From Thermoplasmata archaeon (GTDB lineage Archaea; Thermoplasmatota; Thermoplasmata; RBG-16-68-12): a stretch of 64,000 nucleotides of DNA. The translations under genes and the position numbers were made by a program. Below are positions 35,153-44,180 of this stretch, piece by piece. The stretch covers positions 1,408 through 65,407 of the forward strand of contig DATMDM010000037.1 of NCBI GenBank assembly GCA_035557795.1. The letters run 5' to 3'. Position 1 is the stretch's first letter, and each line of letters starts with the position of its first letter. The notes under the pieces were generated by a model that searched no databases, was not told where the DNA came from, and worked only from the letters and a program-made list of their open reading frames with translations.

Positions 35153-35938
35153 CTACTCCCCGTACCGTCGCTGCCGCATCTGGTACGACCGCAAGGCGCG
35201 GAGGAAATCGATCTTACGGAAACCGGGCCAATAGACGTCCACGAAATACAGTTCGGAATAGGCGAGCTGCCATAGGAGAAAGTTCGAGATCCGCTCCTCG
35301 CCGCTCGTGCGCAAGACCAAGTCCGGATCCGGCAAGTCCGCGGTGTAGAGCCGTTTCGAAAAGAACTTCTCGTCGATGTCGTGTGCGTCCACCTTCCCCG
35401 CCTGGGCGTCGCGCACGACGTCCCGAATCGCCTGGAGGATTTCTTCTCGTCCTCCATAGGCGACGGCGAGGTTGAAGCGATAACTGTCGTATTCTTTCGT
35501 TCGCCGTTCCGCGTACTCGATGGCGTCGATGACCTCCGCGGGGAGCAGCTCGCGGTCCCCGAATACATTGATGCGGATCTTGTGCCGGTGCACGCGGTCG
35601 TCGTCGCCGACCTTTCGGAAGTTTTCCGCGAAGAGGTGCATGAGGTGCTGGATTTCCTCGCTCGGCCGCCTCAGATTCTCCGTGGAGAACGCGAAGACCG
35701 TGAGGATCCGGACGCCGACCTCGAGGCACCACTCGAGGACCTCCTCGAGTTTGTCCCGGCCCTTGACGTGCCCGTCGAGGACGTTGCCGAGTCCGATTTC
35801 TCGTGCGAACCGGCGGTTCCCGTCCATGATGATGGCGACATGATGCGGGATCGCCGCCTGCCGCACTTGGTGGAGCAGCCGACGTTCGTACGCCTGGTAT
35901 GCGGCGTCGCTAATGATCTTCGAGATGTCCGTCGGCAT
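35153..35938 (-). CDS. uppS: Undecaprenyl (cis-prenyl) diphosphate synthase
   Basis: HVAIIMDGNRRFA, AFSTENL(RR) and the RTSGEERISNFLLWQ signature. A minus-strand TATA (+ strand ctatttat, 35966-35973) lies about 33 nt upstream. Confidence 0.85.
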   Translation of the reverse strand: MPTDISKIISDAAYQAYERRLLHQVRQAAIPHHVAIIMDGNRRFAREIGLGNVLDGHVKGRDKLEEVLEWCLEVGVRILTVFAFSTENLRRPSEEIQHLMHLFAENFRKVGDDDRVHRHKIRINVFGDRELLPAEVIDAIEYAERRTKEYDSYRFNLAVAYGGREEILQAIRDVVRDAQAGKVDAHDIDEKFFSKRLYTADLPDPDLVLRTSGEERISNFLLWQLAYSELYFVDVYWPGFRKIDFLRALRSYQMRQRRYGE

Positions 35939-36141
35939 CGACGGATGCTCACGAGTGGGACCGACCTATTTATCCATTCGCGGCTCGACCACCGGGAGGG
36001 ACCGCAAGGGTCCGGTCCGTCGTTCCGGACCGTCACGCGATTGGTCCGGCGGACTCACTCACCCGCAAAACCTTTAAGTATCGTCCTCAATTGGTCCAAC
36101 CAGTTCCTTTCATCCGACAGCGTGGTGTAGTGGCCTTATCG

Positions 36142-36978
36142 ATGAAATTGAGTGAGTATCAGGACCTTTACCGAAGGCTCTCGACCGCGGAGGACATCGA
36201 TTTCCTGGCCGAGAATTTTGGACACGACAAGGAGCTCCTCCTGGTCATCTACACGCAGCGCATCGTGCGTGAGACGACGAAGAAGTTCTATCGGGTGAAA
36301 GCGCAAGCTCGGCGCCTCGCGTTCATGTGGCAGAACGGCGCAAGCCTCCTTGAGATCGCCCGCAAGTTCGAGTTCCCGCCGATTTTGACGGCCCTCATGG
36401 TCCTCGAGCAACGGAAGATTTCTCGGAAACAGTTCTGGAAGATGATCAACGATCTGGACAGCGTGAAGGACCGGCGCTTGCGTCAAGAGCTCGCGGATGT
36501 GAACGGCGCGGACATCGTGTACTCCACGCAAGGCAGCGCCCGACAGTATGCCCGCGGGCGGTGGGGCGAGGCGAAGCTCCATACGTGGCTCGACGCCCGC
36601 AGCCTGCAATACGAGACGGAAAAAGACCTCCGGTCGAAGTACGACAAGACGCCCGACATCCTTCTCCACAAGCCGATCGAAATGAACGGTTCGCGGAAGT
36701 TCTGGATCGAGTCCAAGGCGACGTTCGGTGACCCGTACGAAATCCGACGTCACCTGCGGAAGCAACTTCAGCCGTACAGCGACCTGTTCGGCGATGGCGC
36801 CGTCGTGTACTGGTTCGGCCACGTCGACGACCAGAAATACGAGCTGCCTGAGGGCGTGGACATCGTCAGCCCAACGTTCTTCGAGACGCCGCCCCTCCCG
36901 TTCCCGTACGTGCCCGTGGGCGAGTCGCAACTCGAGGAACCAACGATGGAATCCGACGGCTTCAGCCATCGACAATGA
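36142..36978 (+). CDS. TPD-domain protein (CDIN1/C15orf41-like predicted PD-(D/E)xK nuclease)
   Basis: YDKTPDILLHKPIEMNGSRKFWIESKATFGD, that is a TPD motif plus E-x-K. Start at M18 of the track ORF 36091..36978. Confidence 0.55.
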   Translation: MKLSEYQDLYRRLSTAEDIDFLAENFGHDKELLLVIYTQRIVRETTKKFYRVKAQARRLAFMWQNGASLLEIARKFEFPPILTALMVLEQRKISRKQFWKMINDLDSVKDRRLRQELADVNGADIVYSTQGSARQYARGRWGEAKLHTWLDARSLQYETEKDLRSKYDKTPDILLHKPIEMNGSRKFWIESKATFGDPYEIRRHLRKQLQPYSDLFGDGAVVYWFGHVDDQKYELPEGVDIVSPTFFETPPLPFPYVPVGESQLEEPTMESDGFSHRQ

Positions 36979-37009
36979 GGAGCCGGAAACGTTTAAGTCC
37001 TTCCTCCCC

Positions 37010-37327
37010 ATGGTTACGCGAGTGGCTGAAGAAGAGGTTGTCCGAGTCCGCATGCCGCGGGGCAAAGACGGGGAGATTCTCGGGATCGCGGACCAGCTTC
37101 TCGGAGCCTCACGGATTCGCGTGATGTGCCAGGACGGGAAGAGCCGTCTCGGTCGCATCCCCGGGAAGCTGAAGAAGCGCATGTGGATCCGCGAAGGGGA
37201 CCTCCTCGTCGTGAAGGTCTGGCAGTTCCAGGACGAGAAGTGCGACATCAAACACCGATACACGAAGACCGAGTCGACCTACATGAGCCGGCGCGGCCTG
37301 ATCCCCAAATCGATCAACATCTTCTGA
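37010..37327 (+). CDS. eif1a: Translation initiation factor 1A (aIF1A)
   Basis: VVRVRMPRGKDGEILGIADQLLGASRIRVMCQDGKSRLGRIPGKLKKRMWIREGDLLVVKVWQFQDEKCDIKHRY. This is the in-frame 3' part of the track ORF 36728..37327, and the first ATG is at 37010. Confidence 0.85.
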   Translation: MVTRVAEEEVVRVRMPRGKDGEILGIADQLLGASRIRVMCQDGKSRLGRIPGKLKKRMWIREGDLLVVKVWQFQDEKCDIKHRYTKTESTYMSRRGLIPKSINIF

Positions 37328-37371
37328 CGAGCCACAAAGCTCTTAGTCGAGCGGAAGGTTCGTTTGTCCGC

Positions 37372-38136
37372 ATGATCAATGAGCGCCGCCTCCGCATCCT
37401 GGAGACCCAGGTCGACGCCCTCCGGACCAAGGAGAAGGATTCGGAGACCCGCAAGACGTACGACGAGGTCTTCGACCACGCGGCCCTTCTGACGATCGCC
37501 GACCTGATTACGGACGGGGTCATCTCGACCTTGGATTATCCCGTGAGCACGGGGAAGGAGGCGAATGTGTTCCACGCGACGGGCCCCGACGGCCGCGGGA
37601 AGGCCGTGAAAATCTACCGGATCGCGAACGCGACATTCCGGAACATCGCTGTGTACATCGACGGAGACCCGCGCTTCAAGAAGGTGAAGCGGGCGACCCG
37701 GCCGACCCTCTTGGCGTGGGCGCAGAAAGAATACAAGAACCTCGTCCGGATGGAAGACGCCGGCGTGCGCGTGCCTGCCCCGGAGCGGGTCCACAACAAC
37801 GTCTTGGTGATGGAGTACATCGGCGACGAGACCCGGCCCGCGCCCGCCCTTCGGGAGGTCGCGCTCGAAGATCCGGCTGCGGTGTACGCGGACGTCCTGG
37901 CGAACCTCCGGGCGATCCGGAAAGCTGAACTGGTCCACGCGGACATGAGCGAGTACAACTTGCTCTGGTGGGCCGGGCGCGTGGTCGTGATCGATGTCGG
38001 GCAGGCTGTCCCCCTGGACCATCCCCGGGCCGCGGAGTGGTTCAAACGCGACGTTGGGAACATTGCGCGGTTTTTCCGGCGCCTCCGGATCGATGTCACC
38101 CCGGCCGGCTTGGAGCAAGCGATCTTGGGAGGATGA
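37372..38136 (+). CDS. rio1: RIO-type serine protein kinase (Rio1)
   Basis: STGKEANVF (P-loop), VKIYR, HADMSEYN (catalytic) and IDVGQAV (metal-binding). Start at MINERRLRIL (M83 of the track ORF). Confidence 0.85.
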   Translation: MINERRLRILETQVDALRTKEKDSETRKTYDEVFDHAALLTIADLITDGVISTLDYPVSTGKEANVFHATGPDGRGKAVKIYRIANATFRNIAVYIDGDPRFKKVKRATRPTLLAWAQKEYKNLVRMEDAGVRVPAPERVHNNVLVMEYIGDETRPAPALREVALEDPAAVYADVLANLRAIRKAELVHADMSEYNLLWWAGRVVVIDVGQAVPLDHPRAAEWFKRDVGNIARFFRRLRIDVTPAGLEQAILGG

Positions 38137-38137
38137 G

Positions 38138-38674
38138 ATGCTCTACGCTCGGATTTCTGAGGAGCGAATCGGCGTCCTGATCGGGCCGGAGGGGGCCACG
38201 AAAGAACGCTTGCAGAAAGCGACGGGGACCCGGATTTCGGTGGACTCGGCCTCGGGCGAAGTCGCCATCGACCACGCGGAAGCTCAGGATCCCGTCTTGG
38301 CCCTCAAAGCGAGGGACATCGTCCAAGCGATGGCCCGCGGCTTCTCGGAGGATCGGGCGTTCCGTCTCCTGGACGAGGACGCGTACTTCGAGGTCTTTGA
38401 TATCAAGGATTTCGCCCACTCGAAGAACCGAGTTGCACAAATCCGCGCGCGGCTTATCGGCACCCGGGGGAAGACCCGCCGGCTGATCGAAGAACTAACT
38501 GGCGTCGAGGTCAGCGTGTGGGGCCACACGGTGGCCCTGATCGGCGGGACGTTCGAGATGGCCATCGCCCGCGAGGCCGTGTTCATGCTCCTCCGCGGGA
38601 GCGAACACAAGACCGTCTATCGGTTTCTCGAGCGAAAGCGGGCGGACCTCAAAGTGTACCAGATGGGATTCTGA
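38138..38674 (+). CDS. KH-domain RNA-binding protein (Dim2/Pno1-like)
   Basis: Two KH-like GxxG segments (IGVLIGPEGATKERL and LIGTRGKTRRLIEELTG). GGAGGA Shine-Dalgarno-like sequence at 38129-38134. The aIF1A-RIO-KH arrangement is a conserved archaeal neighbourhood. Confidence 0.75.
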   Translation: MLYARISEERIGVLIGPEGATKERLQKATGTRISVDSASGEVAIDHAEAQDPVLALKARDIVQAMARGFSEDRAFRLLDEDAYFEVFDIKDFAHSKNRVAQIRARLIGTRGKTRRLIEELTGVEVSVWGHTVALIGGTFEMAIAREAVFMLLRGSEHKTVYRFLERKRADLKVYQMGF

Positions 38675-38805
38675 GGCGTCCTTCGACTCGCTTCATCGTT
38701 TGCAATGGAGGTGGCTCCGAAGATTGTTATATCAGCTCCGGACTACCACGATGGGGATCCGTCCTGGCGAAGCATGTCTACGCGTTCGAAGAGGGGAACG
38801 CCTCC

Positions 38806-41661
38806 ATGCGGGACCTCCTCGGCGGCAAGGGCGCTGGCCTCGCGGAAATGACGCGCCTCGGCCTCCCTGTCCCGCCCGGCTTCACGATCACGACGAAAGC
38901 CTGCAACGCGTACACCCGAACGGGCCGTTTCCCTCCCGGGATGTGGAAACAGGTCGAGGAGGGACTGTCCGTCGTCGAGGCGAAGGGCGGCCGCAAGTTC
39001 GGGGATCCCGCGAACCCTTTGCTAGTCTCGGTCCGTTCAGGCGCGCAGCTCTCGATGCCCGGGATGATGGACACCGTCCTGAACTTGGGTCTCAATGACA
39101 CGACAGTCGAGGCCCTCGCGCGCACGGCGAACGAGCGGTTCGCGTGGGACGCCTACCGACGGCTCATTGCGATGTTCGGGCGGATCGTGAAGGACATCGA
39201 TGGTCATCGATTCGAAACGGTCTTAGACCGCCACAAGGAAAAGGCGGCTGCGAAAAGAGACACGGAGCTCGGCGCCCCCGAGCTGAAAGCCATCGTCGCG
39301 GAATTCAAGGACCTGTATCGTCGAGAAGTCGGCGAAGACTTTCCTCAAGATACAATGCATCAGCTGCGAGAATCGGTCGCGGCGGTCTTCCGATCGTGGA
39401 ACGGGAAGCGGGCCGTCGACTATCGGACGTTCCACAAGATTCCGCACCACCTGGGCACGGCGGCGAACGTGCAGATGATGGTGTTCGGGAACATGGGACC
39501 CGACTCCGGCACCGGCGTTGCGTTCACGAGGAACCAGGTGACGGGAGCGAAAGAATTGTACGGGGAATATCTGCCGAACGCCCAGGGCGAAGACGTCGTG
39601 GCCGGCATCCGCACCCCATTGAAAATCGCGGAGCTTCGCGACGGCCAGCCCGAGCTGTACGCGAACCTGTTGCGCGTCGCAGAGCTCCTCGAGAATCACT
39701 TCCGAGAGGCTCAGGACATCGAGTTCACAGTCGAGCGAGGGACCCTGTGGATGCTCCAGACGAGGGCCGCCAAGCCTCCGGCTCGGGCGACGGTGCGGAT
39801 CGCCCTCGACATGGTCCGCGAGGGGCTCATCGCGAAGGAGGAGGCCCTTCTGCGCGTCGAGCCGGACCACGTGATTCACCTGCTCCTGCCTCAGTTCGAC
39901 GACAAGGCGAAGTCGGAGGCGAAGAGAACCGGTCGCTTCCTCGCGAAAGGTCTCAATGCATCCCCCGGCGCCGCGATGGGAATCGTCACCTTCGATCCCG
40001 ACGAGGCGGAGAAGTTGGGTCGGGACGAGCGGAAGCCGGTGATCTTGGTTCGGGTCGAGACCTCGCCGGACGACGTGCACGGCGTCCTGCATTCCAAAGG
40101 CGTTCTCACGGCTCGCGGAGGGGCGACGAGCCATGCGGCGGTCGTCACCCGAGGTCTCGGGATCCCGTGCGTTGCGGGTTGCGAGGAGATCCACGTCGAC
40201 TACGACGCGGCGGAATTCCGGGTCGGCGACAAAGTGGTCCGACGGGGCGAGAGCGTCTCGATCGATGGGAGCACGGGAGAGGTCTTCGCGGGAGCGATTC
40301 GGACGATCGAGCCGGATTTCGACCGCGAGATCGAGCTTCAGAATCTCTTGGCGTGGGCGGACGAGGTCCGGAGTCTCCAGGTCTGGGCAAACGCTGACTA
40401 TCCGCGGGACGCGGCCCGCGCACGCAAGTTCGGGGCTCAGGGGATCGGGCTGGATCGGACGGAACACATGTTCATGGAGACGGACCGGCTCCCGATCGTC
40501 CATGAGATGATCCTCGCCGCGCCGGAGTACCGAAAGGTCAGGCGGGAGCGTGAGGCCCTGGCCAAACAGCTCGAGACGGCAACGAACGACCGGCGCCGAG
40601 ACTTGGAGGCTCGTCTCGCCAAGGTCGATTCCCGTCTGGAAGATCTCTCGCGGCGATACGTGGGATCCCTGGACCACCTCGGTCGGATGCAGCGCGAGGA
40701 TTTCGTCGGAATCCTCAGAGAGATGGCCGGGCTCCCGGTCATCATCCGCCTCATCGACCCCCCGCTTCACGAATTCTTGCCGCGGTACGAGACGCTGCTC
40801 GTCCAGGTGACCAAGCTGAGGATCGCGCGGGAAGATCCCGAGGCCTTCGTCCGAGCCGCCACGTCGGAAGAGGATCGGATGCTGATCGCGGAAGTCCGCA
40901 AGGCCGGCTCCGACCTCGCCAAAGGAATCGAATCGCTCCTGCCACGGAAGGAACGCCTCCTGGAGGCGGTCAAAGGTTCCCGCGAGACGAACCCGATGCT
41001 CGGTCTCCGCGGCTGTCGTCTCGGAATCATGTTCCCGGAGATCACGGAGATGCAGGTCCGGGCGATCTTCGAGGCGGCGTGTCGGCTCAAGAAAGAAGGC
41101 GTCGATGTGCGGCCCGAGATCATGATCCCGCTGGTGGGTCTGCCCGAGGAGTTGCGGATCGAACGACACGCCCTCGAGGACGAGGCGAAGAAGGTCATGG
41201 AGCGCGAGGGGATCTCGGTGGCCTACAAGTTCGGCACGATGATCGAAATCCCGAGAGCCGCTCTCGTCGCCGACGAAATCGCCCACCACGCCGAATTCTT
41301 CTCATTCGGGACGAACGACCTGACCCAAACGACGATGGGGTACAGCCGCGACGACGCGGAGCCGAAGTTCCTCCTGGACTACGTCGAGCAGGGCATCCTG
41401 CCGCACAACCCGTTCCAGACGATCGACCGCGACGGGGTCGGGCAGCTCATGCGGATGTGCGTCCAGAAGGGCCGCAAGGTCCGGCGGGACCTCGAGGTCG
41501 GGATCTGCGGCGAACATGGCGGCGATCCCTCAAGCATCGCGTTCTGTCACGAGATCGGACTCAACTACGTGTCCTGCTCGCCGTTCCGGGTCCCGGTCGC
41601 CCGGCTCGCGGCTGCCCACGCGAAGCTGCGTCAGGAAGCCTCTCGGGCCAAGGACCGCTAA
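38806..41661 (+). CDS. ppdK: Pyruvate, phosphate dikinase. The annotated start is the first ATG, but the conserved N-terminus begins at least 15 codons upstream (about 38761) with no canonical start codon.
   Basis: Near-perfect collinearity with bacterial PPDK: KHVYAFEEGNASMRDLLGGKGAGLAEM ... GGATSHAAVVTRGLGIPCVAGC ... TNDLTQ ... GICGEHGGDPSS. Confidence 0.9.
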   Translation: MRDLLGGKGAGLAEMTRLGLPVPPGFTITTKACNAYTRTGRFPPGMWKQVEEGLSVVEAKGGRKFGDPANPLLVSVRSGAQLSMPGMMDTVLNLGLNDTTVEALARTANERFAWDAYRRLIAMFGRIVKDIDGHRFETVLDRHKEKAAAKRDTELGAPELKAIVAEFKDLYRREVGEDFPQDTMHQLRESVAAVFRSWNGKRAVDYRTFHKIPHHLGTAANVQMMVFGNMGPDSGTGVAFTRNQVTGAKELYGEYLPNAQGEDVVAGIRTPLKIAELRDGQPELYANLLRVAELLENHFREAQDIEFTVERGTLWMLQTRAAKPPARATVRIALDMVREGLIAKEEALLRVEPDHVIHLLLPQFDDKAKSEAKRTGRFLAKGLNASPGAAMGIVTFDPDEAEKLGRDERKPVILVRVETSPDDVHGVLHSKGVLTARGGATSHAAVVTRGLGIPCVAGCEEIHVDYDAAEFRVGDKVVRRGESVSIDGSTGEVFAGAIRTIEPDFDREIELQNLLAWADEVRSLQVWANADYPRDAARARKFGAQGIGLDRTEHMFMETDRLPIVHEMILAAPEYRKVRREREALAKQLETATNDRRRDLEARLAKVDSRLEDLSRRYVGSLDHLGRMQREDFVGILREMAGLPVIIRLIDPPLHEFLPRYETLLVQVTKLRIAREDPEAFVRAATSEEDRMLIAEVRKAGSDLAKGIESLLPRKERLLEAVKGSRETNPMLGLRGCRLGIMFPEITEMQVRAIFEAACRLKKEGVDVRPEIMIPLVGLPEELRIERHALEDEAKKVMEREGISVAYKFGTMIEIPRAALVADEIAHHAEFFSFGTNDLTQTTMGYSRDDAEPKFLLDYVEQGILPHNPFQTIDRDGVGQLMRMCVQKGRKVRRDLEVGICGEHGGDPSSIAFCHEIGLNYVSCSPFRVPVARLAAAHAKLRQEASRAKDR

Positions 41662-41673
41662 ACGAGGACCCGC

Positions 41674-42447
41674 ATGGCGGACCTCGCGAGTTCTCCGTAT
41701 TTCCTCCTGATCCTATTCGTTGCGGCCTTCGCATTGCCGCTCGTCTACCTTGTCTGGATCCGCAACTCTCCCCGGTACGGCCGGGAGCCCTGGCCGACGG
41801 TCTTGAAGACCTTTGCATGGGGCGCCGTGTTCAGTGTGATCATTGCCATCATCCTGAGCGTCGTGTTCATCTTGCTCCTGGGCCAGATTCAATCCCTGAA
41901 CGATTTCTTTGCGCGACGGTTCCAGGATCCGACCACGGCACTTGGGGCGCTCGTCGTGGCGCCGATTGTGGAGGAGGCCGCGAAAGGAGTCGGAGCGACC
42001 GCGGGCCGTCCGCAGACTCAGTCGAAGACGGATGGCCTCGTCTACGGAGCCGCGGCGGGCCTAGGCTTCTCCGCAACGGAGAACCTGGTCTACGCGCTCG
42101 CGGCCCTCCTCGTACCTGGGGTGGGGCCCTCCGGTTCGCTCGTCGTGGTCGCGGTCCGATCCTTCTCGTCCACTTTCCTCCACGCGAGTTCGACCGCGGT
42201 CATGGGTTACGGCCTCGCCAAATCCTGGCTGTCGGGCCGCCCGTGGGCCGTCTTCCCATTCTACATCGTCGCCGTGGCGATGCATGCGACGTTCAACCTC
42301 TTCTCGACCCTGGCCGACGGCGCGGCCCAGCAGAACGATACGGCCGGCGCTGCGGTCGCCTTTCTCGCCGCCGTGAGCCTCGCGATTATCGCGATCTCGG
42401 TCGTGCGGCTGAAACTCGTCACGCGTCGGTCGTCCGCCTCGCGGTAG
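41674..42447 (+). CDS. prsW: PrsW-family intramembrane metalloprotease
   Basis: EEAAKG, FSATENLVY and HATFN motifs in a 7-TM protein. Confidence 0.75.
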   Translation: MADLASSPYFLLILFVAAFALPLVYLVWIRNSPRYGREPWPTVLKTFAWGAVFSVIIAIILSVVFILLLGQIQSLNDFFARRFQDPTTALGALVVAPIVEEAAKGVGATAGRPQTQSKTDGLVYGAAAGLGFSATENLVYALAALLVPGVGPSGSLVVVAVRSFSSTFLHASSTAVMGYGLAKSWLSGRPWAVFPFYIVAVAMHATFNLFSTLADGAAQQNDTAGAAVAFLAAVSLAIIAISVVRLKLVTRRSSASR

Positions 42448-42504
42448 GACAGGATTCTCCGCGCGCGAAATTTTATTTACGCGGGACCGCGTGCACCACG
42501 GCAC

Positions 42505-42975
42505 ATGCGTTTTCGCTTCGAGATGCCCGGGGAAACCTACTCGAAGAACAAGGAGTCTTTCAAGCGGATCCTCGCAAAGCATGGCCTCCGTTGGCGGGGC
42601 AGTCTCGATCGTCCATTCTGGGCAAGTGGGAGCGAACGGGTGACGGCCCTCTTCGATCGGGACCAGGAGAAAGATCTCCTTCGAAACGCGACCCTCATCT
42701 GGGAGAGCGCGAAGAAATCGACCCTCCTGGAGCACCTCAAAGCGTGGGCGTGGGAGGTCGGTGCGAAGACCGCGGAAGATCGATCTCCTTCCGCGGAGGA
42801 AGTGACAGACGAGGTCGAACAAGCCCTCCGGTACTGGGACATCGTGTGGAAGCCGAACGTGGACTTGCTCCGAGCACAAGGCCGGCCGAACACATGGATC
42901 GAAGCGGACGTGAAGCGGTGGAAGCGACAGCGCCAGGAGCGACGTCGCGAGCTGATGGGACAGGCGACCGACTAG
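42505..42975 (+). CDS. Hypothetical protein (156 aa)
   Basis: ORF in the track, with protein-like composition and high GC3. No recognisable family. Confidence 0.4.
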   Translation: MRFRFEMPGETYSKNKESFKRILAKHGLRWRGSLDRPFWASGSERVTALFDRDQEKDLLRNATLIWESAKKSTLLEHLKAWAWEVGAKTAEDRSPSAEEVTDEVEQALRYWDIVWKPNVDLLRAQGRPNTWIEADVKRWKRQRQERRRELMGQATD

Positions 42976-43178
42976 ACCGGGATCTTCGAATGAATCTCGA
43001 GGGAATCGTAGCAGTCGAAGCAATATCCTTGGCGGCGGTCATCTGGGAGAAGCACGATCCGGATGTGACACTTCCGACACCGCGCCTCGCGGTCCCCGCC
43101 TTCGGAAAGTCTACGCAGATCCGGATGGATCTTCCATGAAATCGTACCCGCCCCCCGAGGCGATGGCCGCCGGGCCAC
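42972..43178 (-). CDS. Possible small zinc-ribbon protein (start uncertain; the track ORF extends to 43268)
   Basis: C-terminal CRKCH-x17-CFDCY. Only one in-frame ATG (43268, overlapping the tmk start region). The GTG at 43178 is an alternative start. Confidence 0.3.
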   Translation of the reverse strand: MARRPSPRGAGTISWKIHPDLRRLSEGGDREARCRKCHIRIVLLPDDRRQGYCFDCYDSLEIHSKIPV

Positions 43179-43258
43179 GGAGCCGCCGGACTCTATAAAA
43201 ACGTTGTGCGGCGGCGCAGCAAAGACCGGAGAACGCGGTTTAATGTGTCGTCCGTTCT

Positions 43259-43885
43259 TTGTCGTCACACGTGCTCACCGGTTTCGTGACGTTCGAAGGT
43301 ATCGATGGCTCGGGGAAGACGACGGTGAGTCGCCTCGTGGCCGAATCTCTCCGGGCGAAGGGTCACCGCGTTCACCTTACCATCGAACCCACGAAGAGCT
43401 GGCTCGGCGACGCGGTGCGACGCGCCTACGACGATGATGTCGGCGCCATCGCGGAGTCCTTTCTGTTCCTCGCCGATCGAGCGGCGCACCTGACCGACAT
43501 CCGGGCCCGTCTGCAGAACCGAGAACTCGTCCTGTGCGATCGATACGCGGATTCGACGTACGCATACCAGGGAGCGCGGCTCGAAGGTCTCGTGAAGGAT
43601 CCGATCCGCTTCCTGCAGCGGGCGAGCGAACCGTGGGCGCTCCGCCCGGACGTGACAATTCTCCTCCGAATCCCAGCCGAGTTGGCCCGGAAGCGCATCG
43701 AGGGTCGGCCCAGGCTCATCCGGTTCGAGGACCTTGCATTCCTCAAGAAGGTCGCCGCGAACTACGATCGACTCGCACGCTCTCGCCGGTTCGTCGTCCT
43801 CGATGGCGCCCGAAGCGCAGAGGCGCTCACCCTTGACGCGATCTCGGCAATCGAGAGACGTCTCAAGCCGCCGCGGAAACGCTGA
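43259..43885 (+). CDS. tmk: Thymidylate kinase
   Basis: FEGIDGSGKTT P-loop. DRY motif (CDRYADST). Lid region. The true start is probably the GTG at 43271 (MLTGFVTFEG). Confidence 0.85.
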   Translation: MSSHVLTGFVTFEGIDGSGKTTVSRLVAESLRAKGHRVHLTIEPTKSWLGDAVRRAYDDDVGAIAESFLFLADRAAHLTDIRARLQNRELVLCDRYADSTYAYQGARLEGLVKDPIRFLQRASEPWALRPDVTILLRIPAELARKRIEGRPRLIRFEDLAFLKKVAANYDRLARSRRFVVLDGARSAEALTLDAISAIERRLKPPRKR

Positions 43886-44132
43886 CCGTGCGCTTGGAGT
43901 CCAGTTCACTCCTCATCAGGAACGCACGGGCGAAAACCTTGGCGGTTTCCAGATCTCCACGTTGAAGTTGCAAGAGAAACGCTCTGCCAAACACGACCTG
44001 AAGTGAAGGTTCTACGACAGGGCCAACCATCGTCGGAACCGATTGGCCCGAGACCGGCTTGAACACCCCGCTCAAGAATATCATTGGCGATTTTCATCTT
44101 CACACATCGCAGGTCTATGCTCCGTGGACAAA

Positions 44133-44142
44133 GATATTTAAC
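44133..44142 (+). promoter_or_regulatory. TATA box (GATATTTAAC) about 44 nt upstream of the HerA-like gene
   Basis: Seen directly. It lies in a GC-poorer intergenic region, 43886-44180. Confidence 0.3.
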
Positions 44143-44180
44143 CGCACGCCGGATTATCGCGCAACACATGGGATGCACGG

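Noticed and set aside
36989-36998. TATA-like GTTTAAGT just upstream of aIF1A
   Set aside because: Only about 16 nt from the chosen ATG (37010), which is too close for an archaeal TATA-TSS distance. The start-codon choice is uncertain, so no promoter call was made.
43863-44178. Two minus-strand ORFs (73 and 90 aa) in the tmk-herA spacer
   Set aside because: GC-poor region with poor GC3 and no motifs. More likely promoter/UTR DNA (TATA at 44133-44142) than genes. Left unannotated.
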